NCBI GenBank assembly: GCA_010909165.1
Contig: MU008165.1
Location: forward strand, 1,736,001-1,800,000
Source: Anthoceros angustus
Lineage: Eukaryota > Plantae > Anthocerotophyta
Reading direction: 5' to 3'
DNA: 64,000 bases
Position 1 is the stretch's first letter, and every line of letters begins with the position of its first letter. This document shows positions 1 through 12,752 of the stretch, piece by piece. The notes below the pieces were generated by a model, which did not search any database, was not told the DNA's origin, and worked only from the letters and a program-made list of their open reading frames with translations. The position numbers and the translations under genes were made by a program.

Positions 1-695
1 CACCAAACAATGCCAAACAATGTCTGCTCCAATCCTAACTTGCAACCCTAATTCATGGTGTCCAGGCTAGCCATTTCCCTCATCCTTCACCATAGCTTGA
101 CTGCTGTCAGCTGCTGTCTTAGCTTTCCCAAAATCAATGCCTTGAAACTTGAGCCTGGAATCGATGTACCGTGTGCCGAAAGCAGAGCCAAAGCCCCATC
201 CTAGACCGAATCCAACCCCGCAGCCTCCACCTGCAAGGAGTTGCCGACCCAAATACGCAGGTCATCACCACACACACCAACCATCCCCTAACCACAGCAC
301 CAACACCCCGAACGATCTGCTAGATTACCTACACCAAGGCCCAATGTCTGCACAGAAGCTCCTGCAAACGATCCGATCACACACTATATCAGAACAGGGC
401 AACAACATCACACAAGAGATTCAGGCCAGATCAAAATGCAGAAGCAGCCATCTCTCTACCTCCGAATCCCCAGCCAACTCCAAATCCGCAGCCAACTCCA
501 AAACCTGTCAAAACAGAGAGTAGAAGCGACATCGGAGATGCACATGAAGCACCCACCGGTAGGCAGGGACACAGTTCAACAGATACGCTACAGTACCGAG
601 GCCGACACCACGACCATTGAAGAATCCGATCACCATGGCGAGCAGGTCGAGAAGATGGAGGGCTGTCGGGAATGAGGAGGCGATGTGACTCAAGA

Positions 696-1250
696 TGTTA
701 GAATCCACGGTCCTAAAGTTTTACGGGCTAACTTACCGCTTACATACGTTGCATAACTGTTAGTTGTTGTCGTCGGTTAACAGGTGCTAACCCGTTACCA
801 AGTTGCTAAATTAGCTAGCTAATAAGTTAGCAAGTTAGGTGTGAAAGCTCCAAGAGACGAGATGGTGGACGATATTTGTGACGAAGCTGTCGATATTTGT
901 TGTTACGGACAGCAGCGTGTGACAGAGACAAGCACAGGCCCAGGGAGGGGCCCGGCCAATCCCGACTGAACTCGGGTTAAAAAAGGACGTGGTTGAGTTA
1001 ACGCAGCCCGTGTGCGTGGTGTTTGAGCCCGAGATCACGTCCCAGCATTGCGACAAGGCGACGTCTCCACGACACACACTTTCTTTCTCCTTCTATTACA
1101 CGAAGTTTGTGGCCTGTGTGGGCTCTTGAGCCCATCGCCAGTTCGGCCGTAGCTGCCGGAGAAGGGCATTCTGTGGGCTGCATCACGCAGCATCTAGTAG
1201 CGGGGCGCCTGGAGCAAGCTGTGAGAATCCGAAATTGGTGCCTTCCAGTC
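696..1250 (+). mobile_element. possible solo/5' LTR remnant
   Basis: Begins TGTTAG at 696 with non-coding LTR-like composition, and is followed at ~1237 by TGGTGCC, which resembles a tRNA primer-binding site. No partner LTR or target-site duplication was seen. Confidence 0.25.
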
Positions 1251-1776
1251 GCCTGAGCCTGAGCCTGAGCCGGAGGTAAAACTTGTACAGTACGTACGTC
1301 TGGATGTGCGTTTGGTTTGTGGGTCCCGTCATTCCGACATCGCCCCCCGTCTGCTGTGGAGATCCCGGCTCCCTCCCTGTTTGGCGCAAAGCTGGGCAAC
1401 AGTGGGCATGGCATGAAGCTGGGTGTACCATATCTATCACGTCCTGGCGTTAATCGCGAAAAGGGGCGGGAGTGATGGCCTCCTTCTCTCTGTTTCCTCT
1501 CTCCCCATTTCATGCGCGTCGCCCTGCTGCGGAGCGCCGGCTGTAAGGCGTCTTGCTGTCGTGGGTGGTTGCGGACTGTGGGAGTACGTGGTGGATTTTG
1601 TGCGGCTGGCTTGCCGAGCTTCGTGTTGGTTTGTGTGGATTTTGCTTCTTGTTGGGTGTCGGATTTGGTGGGAATTGGGGCTGGTTTGGTGTAGGGTTTG
1701 ATAATCCTTCTTGTGGCAGCGCGTAGCCGCGGCCTGCTCCTAGGCCTGCGCAGGGCGGAGGCGTCTACGGAGGAGG

Positions 1777-3920
1777 ATGGCAGCGGTGGGGAAACCGTTG
1801 CCGGTGCTGGATCAGCAGAGCACTAAGGAGCTCAATCTCACCGTACTGCAGCGGATGGACCGGCACGTCGAGGATATTCTCACCACCGCTGGCCATGTCA
1901 CCTTCTACGAGTTCAGTGTCGAGCTCAGCCAATGGGTACGTCACGCTACTCGTGTTGGTTCCCCGATTGCCGTGGTATGCCTTTTGGTCCATTCTTGCAG
2001 ATCGGGGTGTGGGGTTGGACCAATTCTGCTGACATTGCACAAGACCTAGATGAGCAGTGGTGATTTCACCCATGCGGTGTGCCTGCACATTACTTGCTTA
2101 GATCCAATTCTAGCAATCTATAGGGATTTGCTGTTTTTCTTACTGGTAGTAAGAAAAACAGGAAATCCCTGTAGATTGCTAGGATTTCTACTTTGACATG
2201 CCACAGAAAGCACAATGTTGGCGTGACGACGTAGGCTGCTAGCTGCTTCTGTCTATAGTAATATTCCTTGTTTTCAATCATGCCGATTGCAGAGCCGCAA
2301 GGACGTGGAGGGCTCCCTATTTGTTGTTAAGCGGTAAGAAGCTTTTCCTGCCATTATTGCCACAGTATTTTTTTCCCGACCATCTTGTTATGTCAAAGAT
2401 GCTCAGGTACCCATTTGTTTAATGGGGGTCCCTGACAAGTTTGAGTCTATCGCAGGCGCACACAACCGCGGTTTCAGTTCATTGTCATGAATCGAAGAAG
2501 TACAGGTACTTATGACAGGGTCTATGTCTTTTGCACTTGTTGGCTTTCCAGGCAGTTGGAATTTGATCATTCATGTTGTTTATCTTCGCTGTGACAGACA
2601 ATCTGGTGGAAGGGTTGCTTGGAGATTTTGAGTATGAAGTTCAAGTTCCATACCTACTGTATAGGAATGCAGCCCAGGAGGTTAATGGCATCTGGTTTTA
2701 CAGCCCAAGAGAGTGCGAAGAGGTTGCAAAGCTTTTCTCGAGGTTCTTTTCCCACTCATTGCAAGGATGATACTCTCTCTGCTTCTGTGACGTTTGCTTA
2801 TTTTATCGTTTGCAGATGAGTGCATGGTTTGATCTTATGGTGCCTTTTTTTCAGGATTCTGAACGCTTTCTCCAAGCACCCTCCCAAACCAAAGCTTTTC
2901 ACTCCAAGGTTTTCTTCTGCTGCCTGAGACCTAGCCTTTTCATGCAGATTTCTAATTTTCTGTTACAGGCTCTCACTAATAACGTAGGCCCATCACAGCT
3001 CCGAGTTTCAGGAACTGGAAGCAGTTCCTACTGCTGCTATCGTAGAGGGTCCCTTGGAGCCTGCGGCAGCTGCTACAGCAGCCACAACCGAGGAGGTTAC
3101 AGAGGAACCGCTTGAACGATTTTTCAGTGTACGTGAATTTTGTGCCTTTTGTGTACAAACTTTGCGTGTGGCTTGCAATACACACCTGCCTATTCACGAA
3201 GTTGGTGTTTATGCAGAGTGCTGTACACCTTAGTCCGCCAGAGCACTCTACTCCAGTAGCCCCTCAGCCTTCTAATACGACAACCCAGGCCCATGCTTCT
3301 TCTGCTCCACTCGTTCCAATTCCTGTCCTGTGCCCTCCGCTATCTGCTGCTGCCTTACCACCCACACTTATGCCTCCTCCCTTGTCGCTCGAGACCTCAG
3401 ACATAGGCAATGTTGTGCGGACAACACTCATAAAACCTTCTTTCTTTGTATCTAGTCCACTGTCTGCTGCTCCTGTTCAGAGTACTCTTTCCGCTCCTCC
3501 CCCTCATTTGCAGCCATCGCATGGTGCACCACTTCTTCAGCCTTTCCCTCCTCCAGCTCCTCCACCTTCCCTGGCCCCTGCTACTTCAAGTTTGCACGGC
3601 CCGGCTGTTACAAGGAGTGGAGTACGTGACGCCTTACTCCGCCTGCTGCAGGTAGGAGACAGTGCTCCTTCTCTCTCTTGAGTCTGTCTAAAGGTTCTTT
3701 TTCTTTTTCTGGCAAGGATCTTCTTTTTGTTTTCTTTCTGGATCTCGTCACATTGGGAGATGTTTTGTCGCCAAAAAAACGCAATGGAGATGTTCAAAGA
3801 ACAGTGCAATAAACGGGTAACCTGCTTTTAAATTAGTGGTAAACGACTCTGCTTTGACTGCAGAATGATCAGTTCATCGACATGGTGTACAAAGAGATCG
3901 CCAATGCACATACCAACTGA
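1777..3920 (+). CDS. DCP1: mRNA-decapping enzyme subunit 1, multi-exon
   Basis: Spliced exons give the EVH1 domain: LNLTVLQRMDRHVEDILTTAGHVTFYEF / SRKDVEGSLFVVKR / QPRFQFIVMNRRST / NLVEGLLGDFEYEVQVPYLLYRNAAQEVNGIWFY. A Pro-rich linker and the C-terminal trimerisation motif VRDALLRLLQ/NDQFIDMVYKEI follow. GT-AG boundaries; TGA at 3918-3920. Confidence 0.93.
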
Positions 3921-5137
3921 GTTTGGACCGTTCAGACAGCTGCTGGCACACTGTATGAACTTTTTCGACGAGGGTGCTGATTGCTGGCATCCTACGCATG
4001 TCCCATGATCAGTTTTGCTGGACTGGGAAAGGCAGTGGACTGTGTACAACAGGTTAGTACCTACAGTTTTGTCCATACTTGGTTGTTATACATAGAGTAG
4101 GCATTGGATCAGGGCTTCTCTCTGCTCCTATGCGTCAGGCGCATTATAGGATATGAGACGAGGACTGTAGAATTTTTGCAAGCTGCAATGACTTGCATTT
4201 GTACAGGAAGGACATTTCAGCAAATTTCCCTCAGCAAATGGTGTCTGTTGCAAGTATAAGGAGTTGCTGGGGAGAGATAGATCAAAATGTTGGAGAATTA
4301 GGCGGATGCCTGAATTTTTCCTCTTCAAGGTGCAGGATTCTCTACCCTGTTACCGGGGGAAGTACATACAGTATTGGTGTTCACGGTAGACGTTTGTTTC
4401 ACTCCTATGTGAATTAAATCTAAGAGCAGACGCCCGTCAGGTGCTGCTGTGCACGGTTGAATGAACTGAGAGCAAGGTTCAGCTGAGCAACTTGTCTTGA
4501 CGGACAATATTGCCTCTCTGTGTAATTCAAAGTGCCTGACGACAGCTCTGAAAGGAGAATGTCAGATGTAAAGGAAATATGGCATACAGCATGTGGGAGA
4601 GAGAAGACACGGAATAATTTGAACGACCTTCCTTTACGGATTTTGAAAGAAAGTTGGTCACCTGTTAGCTGTACAGTAACTGTTCGTGCACTATTGAAAA
4701 TTTGAAACGAGGTCTTTTCAACCGAAACCGCCCTTCTAAGAAAACATGCAAATTTGCACTCCCATTGGCTACAATCTGCAAGCAGCAGCACAGTTTTGAA
4801 AGCCGAGGGGAAATCTGGCCTCGCAATGTTTGCCTTGTTATGTATCAAACGAAACCCACCTACTACTTGCGTCTGGTGTTTTCCTCCAAATCGAGAGCAG
4901 CACATATCCTGATCCTGAGGGTGACCATACAAGAGTGTTGTTGCGGCAGCAGGATGACTGGATGACTCGTCAGTGGCTATTAAGAGCTAACTCCTGATAG
5001 CACATCAAAGAGAGGCAAAACAAGCAGGAAGGGCACTTAACATTAAAGTGCCCTTCTCCCATCTCTACTCCAGACCAGAATAAAATTAGGTTGACCATGC
5101 CATCTCTCTGACATTGTTGAAGTAGGAGGCAGCAAGA

Positions 5138-6067
5138 TCACATGGCCTTGAAACTGTCAAACCTCGGCTTGTCCAGGTCCTTGAAGTAGGGATGCTGCAG
5201 TGCAGCCTTGGCCGAAATCCTCTTGGCAGGGTCGTACTGCAGCATTTTGGAGAGCAGGTCGAGCCCTTCCACATCCAGATTAGGAAAGGACGTCTGCAGA
5301 TTAGTGGGCCGCCACTGCGGAAACTCGTGCCAGTCACGGAACTTGGTCACCCCCGGCCATATCTCCTCACTGGGCGTGCCCAGCATCCGGAATATGTGCA
5401 GCAGCTGCTGCAGCTCCGAGTCCCCTGGAAACAGCGGATGCCTGCACAGCAGCTCTGCGAAGATGCAGCCCACAGACCAGATATCAACAGGAGTGGAGTA
5501 GTGCGTGGCCCCAAGCAGCACCTCGGGGGCCCTGTACCACAGCGTCACAATCTCGTGCGTGTAGCTCTTGAGCGGTACAGTGAAGGCCCTCCCCAGCCCC
5601 AGGTCCGCGATCTTCAGATGCCCCTTCTCCTTGTCCACCAGCAAGTTCTGCGGCTTCAGGTCCCTGTGCATCACCCCGTGGCTGTGGCAGTGCGCCAGCC
5701 CCGTGCACAGCTGATACATGAAGCTCTTGAGCGTGGCCGGCGGCAGGCCCTTCTGCGCAGCTCCCCTCCCGTGCAGATCAATGTACTTCTTCAGGTCCGT
5801 ATCCATGTACTCGAACACCAGATACAGCACCGGCTTCCCGTTCTTGTCCACATGCTCCACGCACAGCAGCCTCACAATGTAGATGCTGTGCGACAGCATC
5901 TGCAGCAGCGACACCTCGCGGAGAGCCGTGGACGGCACTCCCTCCTCCTCCATGTCCAGCCTCGTCTTCTTCAGCGCCACCAGCTGCCCAGTCCTCTTGT
6001 CCCGGGCCTTGTAGACCTTCCCGTACGTCCCCTCCCCGACCTTCTCCAGCTTCTCGTAATTCTCCAT
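5138..6067 (-). CDS. CDKB: plant B-type cyclin-dependent kinase, single coding exon (309 aa)
   Basis: [21 protein letters not shown] start, cyclin-binding motif [36 protein letters not shown] (DLG is CDKB-typical), [14 protein letters not shown]. Confidence 0.95.
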   Translation of the reverse strand: MENYEKLEKVGEGTYGKVYKARDKRTGQLVALKKTRLDMEEEGVPSTALREVSLLQMLSHSIYIVRLLCVEHVDKNGKPVLYLVFEYMDTDLKKYIDLHGRGAAQKGLPPATLKSFMYQLCTGLAHCHSHGVMHRDLKPQNLLVDKEKGHLKIADLGLGRAFTVPLKSYTHEIVTLWYRAPEVLLGATHYSTPVDIWSVGCIFAELLCRHPLFPGDSELQQLLHIFRMLGTPSEEIWPGVTKFRDWHEFPQWRPTNLQTSFPNLDVEGLDLLSKMLQYDPAKRISAKAALQHPYFKDLDKPRFDSFKAM

Positions 6068-6599
6068 CTCTCCCTCGGCTCCCCTCACCCCCTCCTGTTC
6101 AAATTCCGGCAAGCCAAGCCCCCGCAGCAGCAATCACAGCGCCACACCCGCAGCACGCTAGCGGCATCGATAAGCCCAGCCACTCGCTCCCTCACACACC
6201 AAACCACAAAAAAAAACCCGACCCACAAAGAATCCCTGCCCTATCTCCACCTCTCCCCCTCTCCGGATCAAGAATGCCAGCAAACGGAGCCGATCCCAAG
6301 CCCCAGGCTCTGCTGCTTCCAAGCAGCAGCAGCAGATCAGAGCACCGACAAAGCGGAATGAAATGCACAGGCCGCCGAACAGACCAAGATGCAGAAGAAG
6401 GAGGAGAAGAAGAAGAGCAAACAGAGCAGTGGAGCGCAGAATGCGACAAGCAGATCAGGCAATGGCACTTGGGCCACGGAATGCCTTCATCTTGTTGCGG
6501 CAAAATGTGAAAATGGCGGAGAGAGGGAAAGAAAGCAAGCCTTGTGTTCAGTGTCAGATTTTGAACTGGGATGGGGAACCTCCCGGCCGTGCGACCTTT

Positions 6600-6825
6600 C
6601 GTCCGTTGAGGCAACGGTAATTTTGGGAACGGCCGCCCAACGGTACTGCGCGGGAGGCGGACGTGCCAGTTCACGGACCGGTCGCGTGGAGGGCCGTTGG
6701 GTGGACGGGAACCCGAGGGGACTTACGGTCGGAGCTCGCGACCGCGTCCTGGGAGGGGGATTATGGACAGAACCGTCCATGCGGTGGACGGTTCCGGAGC
6801 GACGGGGGCATGGATCCGTTGGCTC
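6600..6825. promoter_or_regulatory. cluster of MSA (mitosis-specific activator, AACGG-core) elements
   Basis: AACGG cores on both strands at ~6603, 6613, 6628, 6638, 6694 and 6817. One is a perfect CCCAACGGCC on the minus strand (~6692-6701). They lie upstream of CDKB. Confidence 0.65.
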
Positions 6826-7617
6826 GGCTTATCTCCTGCTCGCAGTTGCTAGGGGCAAGGGCGCCCGGTCTCGGATTTTGCGGTGTCGTTGCCCAATCCG
6901 TGGGCTGGGAACATGTCCATGGACCCCGTGCTGTTGCGGCGGTGAAGTGTATGTGAGCAATTGGTAGATCGTGGGGAGGAATTGAGGTTTCTCTCAGATC
7001 TGGGTGCATTTTCCGGTTGGATGAATTCACGATCGGTGTGGCTGTTCTGGATCCTTCTCCGAGTGCTTGTAGCTGCTGCAATTGCTCGGAATTGGGGGAT
7101 TGTGGAGAGGAGCTGAGGATTCCGCGATCCGGATGCATTTAGTGTTGGATGAATTCGGGATCTGTGTTCGGTTCTGGTGCCTTTTCCAACGCAATTGTGT
7201 CGTGGATTGGACTGGGTTAGGCGGTTGGATCTTTTTCTGCTTTGCATTTCTGGTGTAATTGTGATTCGATTGTGGAAGGCAGCGATGAAGAAATTGATGG
7301 AAGGATTGTTTGGCAGGGGATCGGAGGGAGGGAGGGAGATGATGGATGCTGCTACCTCGTTGGACAAGTGACGCTGTGGTTTGGAGTTAGATTTGTGCGG
7401 TGACAGGTGAGATTGGCTGCCTTTGGACCTGTAGATGTCGTGCTTGTCTGTTCAGCATGCCAGGTTGCGATTGATGCTTTGCTTTCCTAATGCAGGCGTA
7501 ATTCATGCCATCTGTTAGTCTTGACGTTTTTCTGCACATCCGCGATGGAGTTGGCTTTGCATGGGAGTACATAGGTTGAAAGATTTTCGAGCTCCTGGTG
7601 CCTTTTGCTTTGAAGGC

Positions 7618-9600
7618 ATGGCTGCTGCTGGAGGAGCTTTCTTCTCCTGTCCTACGGCTTCCCTGCAGAAACAGGAAATGAATCAAGTTTGGTTCGGCAG
7701 GGGTAATGGTTGGGAAGGTTGTGTCCCCTCTGGTGCTGTCCCCGGACTGCGTCTAGAGAGAAAGGCAACGAACAGCTTGTTAGGTTGTAGAAGAACAGCA
7801 TTAGCAGGTGAGACGAGCTCAAGACTTTTCTCAGCAGGGCAAAGGGTTAGCAGCTGGTCGGGCCTGGAGGGAAACGCTGTTCGAAGAGAGACATGCATGA
7901 GGCTGCCAGAACAGAGACATGTAGGGAAACAAACTGTGGCAACAAGGGCATTCCCCTCAGAAACTAGCACGTCAGTCCCCCGGGCGGCCCGGGGAATGGA
8001 GAATTTGCTGGGAGGATGCTCAGGGAAGGAAAAACAAAGAAGGAGGATCGTTGATCCGATGAGCTTCTTTGGGAAGCCTTCTGTAGAACATAGAGGGAAC
8101 TATCTTACGAATTGCAGCAGGCTAGGTGCCTACAACAGATCTGGACTCAGCATGGTTGCAGGCAAAGACTCTTTGCGGCCAATTCTTCCAAGTGCACAAA
8201 TTGGAAGATACTCACAGGACAGTAGGAATGCCCGCAGGTGGCTCCGAAAGTGTTCCCAGGGTTCCAGGGCTTCGCAGCCATATAACTCCTCTAATGAGGC
8301 ATGCTCTTCAGCCCAGTCAACGAGGAGCAAGGGGTCGCAGAATTTGGCGAAGAGCAGGGCCTGGACTGCATGGAAGCAGGCCCTGTCTTCCCACCCAGTT
8401 GAGGTGGGGTTTGCAGAAAATGCTAGTGCAAAAGTTGATCAGGATTCCTGTAGTTTTACATGGCATTGTGTTCCTCCTGAAATCACAAAGAAATGCGTTT
8501 CGTCAAAGATTTTGTACCAACAACAGCAGACGAGACAAGCAGGAGTAAGCTTTCCATCGCGTGTTCTTGCCCCTTTATGTCTACAAAAGTTTGCTAGAAA
8601 GCACTAACGATATCGCTGTTGCAGGCGAAAGGTGGACTTCAAGAGACGGTTAACTCTGCCACCAAATCAGAGTACCCCCCAGCAAGCAATCAGGAGAATA
8701 GTAGGGTTTCCCAGCGAGACCTTGCGGTTGGAGCAATTTCTCGAGCATTGTCTCCCAAACTCCAGCCCAGCAAGAATGGACAAGGGGAACTAGCTCTGAG
8801 AATGGCGGAATTCGTCGCAGCTATAAGGGATAGCGCTCAGACTAACGAGATCAAGAATTGTGAAAGCAAGGCCCTCGGATGCCTCTCAGCCATGGCGGAT
8901 GCGGTTAATGTCGCGCAGATGGACTTCGACATGTCGCAGCTATGGATGGACGTAACAGAACTGCAGTTGAAGGAGGCGCCCACAGAGGCTGATGTTCTGC
9001 AACTGCTGGTGAGCAACACCTATCCCCCTCCTGCTGTTTAGTTTTGCGCGTATCTTTGAGTGATGCTTCTCTGTCAGCATATTAGCTGAGAAGCCACGAC
9101 AAGACACTCAAACATGCTCAGTGAAGAAACTAATTTGTGTCAAAATTTTGTTCCACACTGAAACACAGAGGTTCTTAGAAGAATTGGGGGAACAGCTTCA
9201 TGACCAAGGTCGTTCTGACTTCATGGCACATGTCTCAGGGAAGATTCTTCCAAATTCCACTTGCTCGAGTCGCCCTTCCAACAACCCTGTGTTGAATGGC
9301 AAAGAGAGAAGATTGGATGACATGCTGAAGGCAGCATCACAACTGGAGAGAACAGTTTCTGGAATGCCTAACTGTGAAGATATACAGAAAATGACATCAA
9401 AACGGATCTACTCCCTGGAGGACCTGCTAAGACGGGAAGAGAATGCGAAAGCAGCTATCAAGCAGTATCGGGATGCGCTAGCCAAAGGAGAGGTGGCTTG
9501 GTTCAAAAACCTTCAGAAGATGAACTCGCGGTTAGAATCTGTTGCGAGCGTAGTTCTTCCTCTCGAAGACAAACTCCGTACCCCGAGTGCAACTACGTGA
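7618..9600 (+). CDS. uncharacterised ~580-aa protein (exons ~7618-8544, ~8626-9008, ~9169-9600)
   Basis: Three long ORFs join in frame through GT-AG sites (RQAG|AKGGL; LQLL|RFLEE). N-terminus is S/R-rich; C-terminus looks helical/coiled. No family recognised. Confidence 0.6.
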
Positions 9601-10010
9601 CCTAAAGTCTGGTTTGTTCTGTGCGTGGAACAGCTTTTCTACGTTCACATGTATGTAGCTGTCTGGTACTGTATACAACAGAATTGTTGCTCGGGAGTCG
9701 GGACTTGTTGCGGGGACCGTGACTGTACATATAGACGTGATAGCTAGCTTATTTCCCTGAATGTACATACAATAGAGCCAAGAATGGCTATAGCCGTGAC
9801 ACGGCAAGTTTAACAATGTAAGCATGCCGCAACTGATTGTACTCTACAGGGTTCTACCTCGGTGTGCAGGCCAAAATGAATACCAGCGGACGTGCACACC
9901 AGGCAAGCTAAACTGTCTCATCACTGTCGTTAAGTGCACAAATAGCAAAGTGTGCATTCAAGCGCTGCCTGACGGTAGTTTGTCCAAAACCATAGCTCGC
10001 CTTCAACCAT

Positions 10011-11347
10011 TCAAGCTGAGGCATGACTGATTGATATGGTGAAAAATTTCAGCTTAAGAACAAGTGCTAGTACTAGCTGGACAGTAGCAGATCCAGCCAC
10101 AATCAAAAACCACTTGTCACTGGCAGTCTTGATGAAAGATCGAAGGTTCAGAGCCAGAAACAGAGAAGAAGTAAGCCCTGCGACTGCGACAACTCCCCAT
10201 CTGAAATAGTCCTGGGGTACGATGGATAGGAACTGCACATCAACACAAGTGGTTATAAGGTATGTACAAGCTGCTTGAAAGACTGTGTCCCAATGAAGAG
10301 GGCAAACATACCAGAGTTGGAATGAAAATGAAGAGTGAATAGCCATATAAGCACCACAGCTGAATAAGGCTGGATGCCACACCCAAATATCTCAGCAAAA
10401 AGTGAAGAGCCACGGGAACCACTCCAACATATCCGTAATAAAGAGCTGCTGACTCACTGACACTTTTGATATTATACTGCCAATGAGTGGAGCCATCAGG
10501 CCCAGTCTTGGTAGCCAGATAGGCTGCAAGATTTCCCAGAGCAGCTGTGACAAATATGAGAGTGGTACATATCCAGAAAGGTCCATACCTGAGGCAAATG
10601 CACAATAACGAGCACGAATGAAGATGTCAGAGGTAAAGACCAAGTGAGAAAGATCAGCGCTGAAGGCGAAAGAAAGCCGAGGCATGAGTTGCAAGCTCAC
10701 ATATCAGGATTTGGGCTGGTCTTCTCCACAAAGTCCCCTCGGAAAGGAACTACAGAGTCACGAATTCTTGCCAAAACATCTACAGTATCAACGTTGAAGT
10801 ATGGCCTGTAGGACACAGGACTAAACCAACCCTGCCAGCTAGAATCCTGTTGAGAGGCTGAGGCCTGCTGACCTGGGCCGGGTTTGGAGAAGGTATCTGC
10901 ACACAAGCAGATGGTCAGCATGAATTCTGCACTCACGGCAGCTGTGTCTTCTACAAGGAAAACGACAGTGTTTGCATACCATCTGCATCGGACGGCGGCT
11001 TCACTGAACCCGTAACCTTGCCTCTGCTTTCACTTGGAGGGAATGTTTGCAAATTTGATTCTGCACATGCAGCAACTTGCATGAGATCACATACTTGTAG
11101 AAGTAGGAATCACAAGGACAGTGATAGATGTCACCAGGTGTGACCCTACAAACCTTGGAATTGCAGGACAACGTGGTCTGGCCCCCCGGCTCCCTATATG
11201 GATCACATTGAACACGGTAAGCCGCAGAGGGACGCTGTCAAATTAAAGCGTTAAGACAGACCTACAACCATGCCGGAGTTTCTTCAATAAAGAGACCTCA
11301 CGCACCGTAGGAGGCGCGGATCCAAGACTGGTGTAGCCGGTTGACAT
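10011..11347 (-). CDS. YIP1-domain Golgi/ER membrane protein (YIPF1/YIP5-like), multi-exon
   Basis: MSTGYTSL..., SNLQTFPPS, YRPYFNVDTVDVLARIRDS, PD(L)YGPFWICTTLIFV, LWCLYGYSLFIFIP, followed by hydrophobic C-terminal helices. Confidence 0.9.
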
Positions 11348-11827
11348 CTTCCGACCCTACTTTCTCCGATCTCGACCAAAGATGACCGAAAACTCTGCCA
11401 CACAGCGCTTCCCTTCACCGGGCTCCCATTGCAGGTCTGCCTCATTCACTGAAGCCACCAAATATGACGTACATTACGAAAGTTGGCAAAGACACATACG
11501 CTGCAGGAATATGTTATATATTTTACATTCCTGATATATAATTCAATACAAGGTAATGTTCGATATTCAATAAACCTTTTCAAGGAAACATCGCTCAAGC
11601 GCATCAAGGCAAGAATAACCGGCTTGGAAAAAGACCATCTAGACATTGTTGAAAGACCAATACAAATCTATCGGACTGGTAAAAGGTGTTTTGAATGGAA
11701 GAAAGGTGAAAGATATAATTTTAAAAAATCTATATTATTTATATTTATTTATAAATAAATATAAGAATGTTATCGATATATGAACGGGAATGAAAAGAAA
11801 CTTTTATAATTTATTTTTTATTAATTT

Positions 11828-12752
11828 GTCTAGGTGGAGTAGTTGGTTGTTACTCTAATCTCACACAATACTCAGAGCTCCCCTCTTCAAACCCAAGCTC
11901 AAACATAAGGTCCAGCTAAAACTTACACTCAAACATAAGATTCAGACAATTTCATCAATGGGTGTGAGTATTGTATGAGCTTTATGTCTAAGCCTGAGTT
12001 TGAATCGAGGATGTCTAGTGTGTGAGGTTAGAGTGACAATCAATGACACCACTTAAACCACATAATGTTAATCAAGCCTTATGTCCGAATTCATCTGAGA
12101 ATTGGGGACTTTAGTGTGTGAGATTAGAGTGACAATCAATTACACCTCGTAGACCATACAATATTGCAAATACAATTAGTATCAATTTTGATATTTGAGC
12201 TCACGTATGAATTCGGGACTTTTAGTGTGTGAGATTAGAGTGACAATCAATTACACCACGGAGACTATACAATATGCAAACACAATCGGTGTTAGTTTTG
12301 ATATTTGAGCCCGAGTTTGAATTGGGGACTTGTACTATGCAAGATTAGAGTAGCAACCAATTACACCATATAGACCATACAATGTTGAGCCTTATGTCTA
12401 AGTTTGGCAACCAATTACACTGAGATGGGAGATGATATTTGAGCCCGAGTTGAGCTTTATATCTAAGTCTCTAGACCTCTGGTGTGTGAGATTAAAGTAA
12501 CAACTAATTTTAAGGTGGCGACCCCTACTTTGTGAGATTAAAGTAACACCTAATTTTAAATCGGCGACCTCTACTGTGTGAGATGAGAGTAAGAGCCAAT
12601 TTTGAACGAGGGGCCTTTGGTGTGTAAAATTGGAGTAACAGCCAATTTTGAATCGGTGACCTCTACTACGTAAGATGAGAGTAACTGTCAAATTTGAATG
12701 GGGGAGCTCTAGTGTGTGAGATCATAGTAACAACCAATTACACCTCCTAAAC
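11828..12752. mobile_element. foldback/MITE-like non-autonomous element with ~60-bp terminal inverted repeats and an internal tandem array
   Basis: The left end (gtctaggtggagtagttggttgttactctaatctcacaca...gagctcccc) is the imperfect reverse complement of the right end. The interior holds repeated gtgtgagattagagtgacaatcaattacacc units at ~120-bp, then ~50-bp spacing. Confidence 0.55.

Noticed and set aside
1-690. Pro/Gln/Ser-rich ORFs at the window start
   Set aside because: Low complexity and truncated by the window edge. Possibly retroelement-derived but not assignable.
5192-6361. 389-aa + strand ORF
   Set aside because: Antisense shadow of the GC3-rich CDKB coding sequence.
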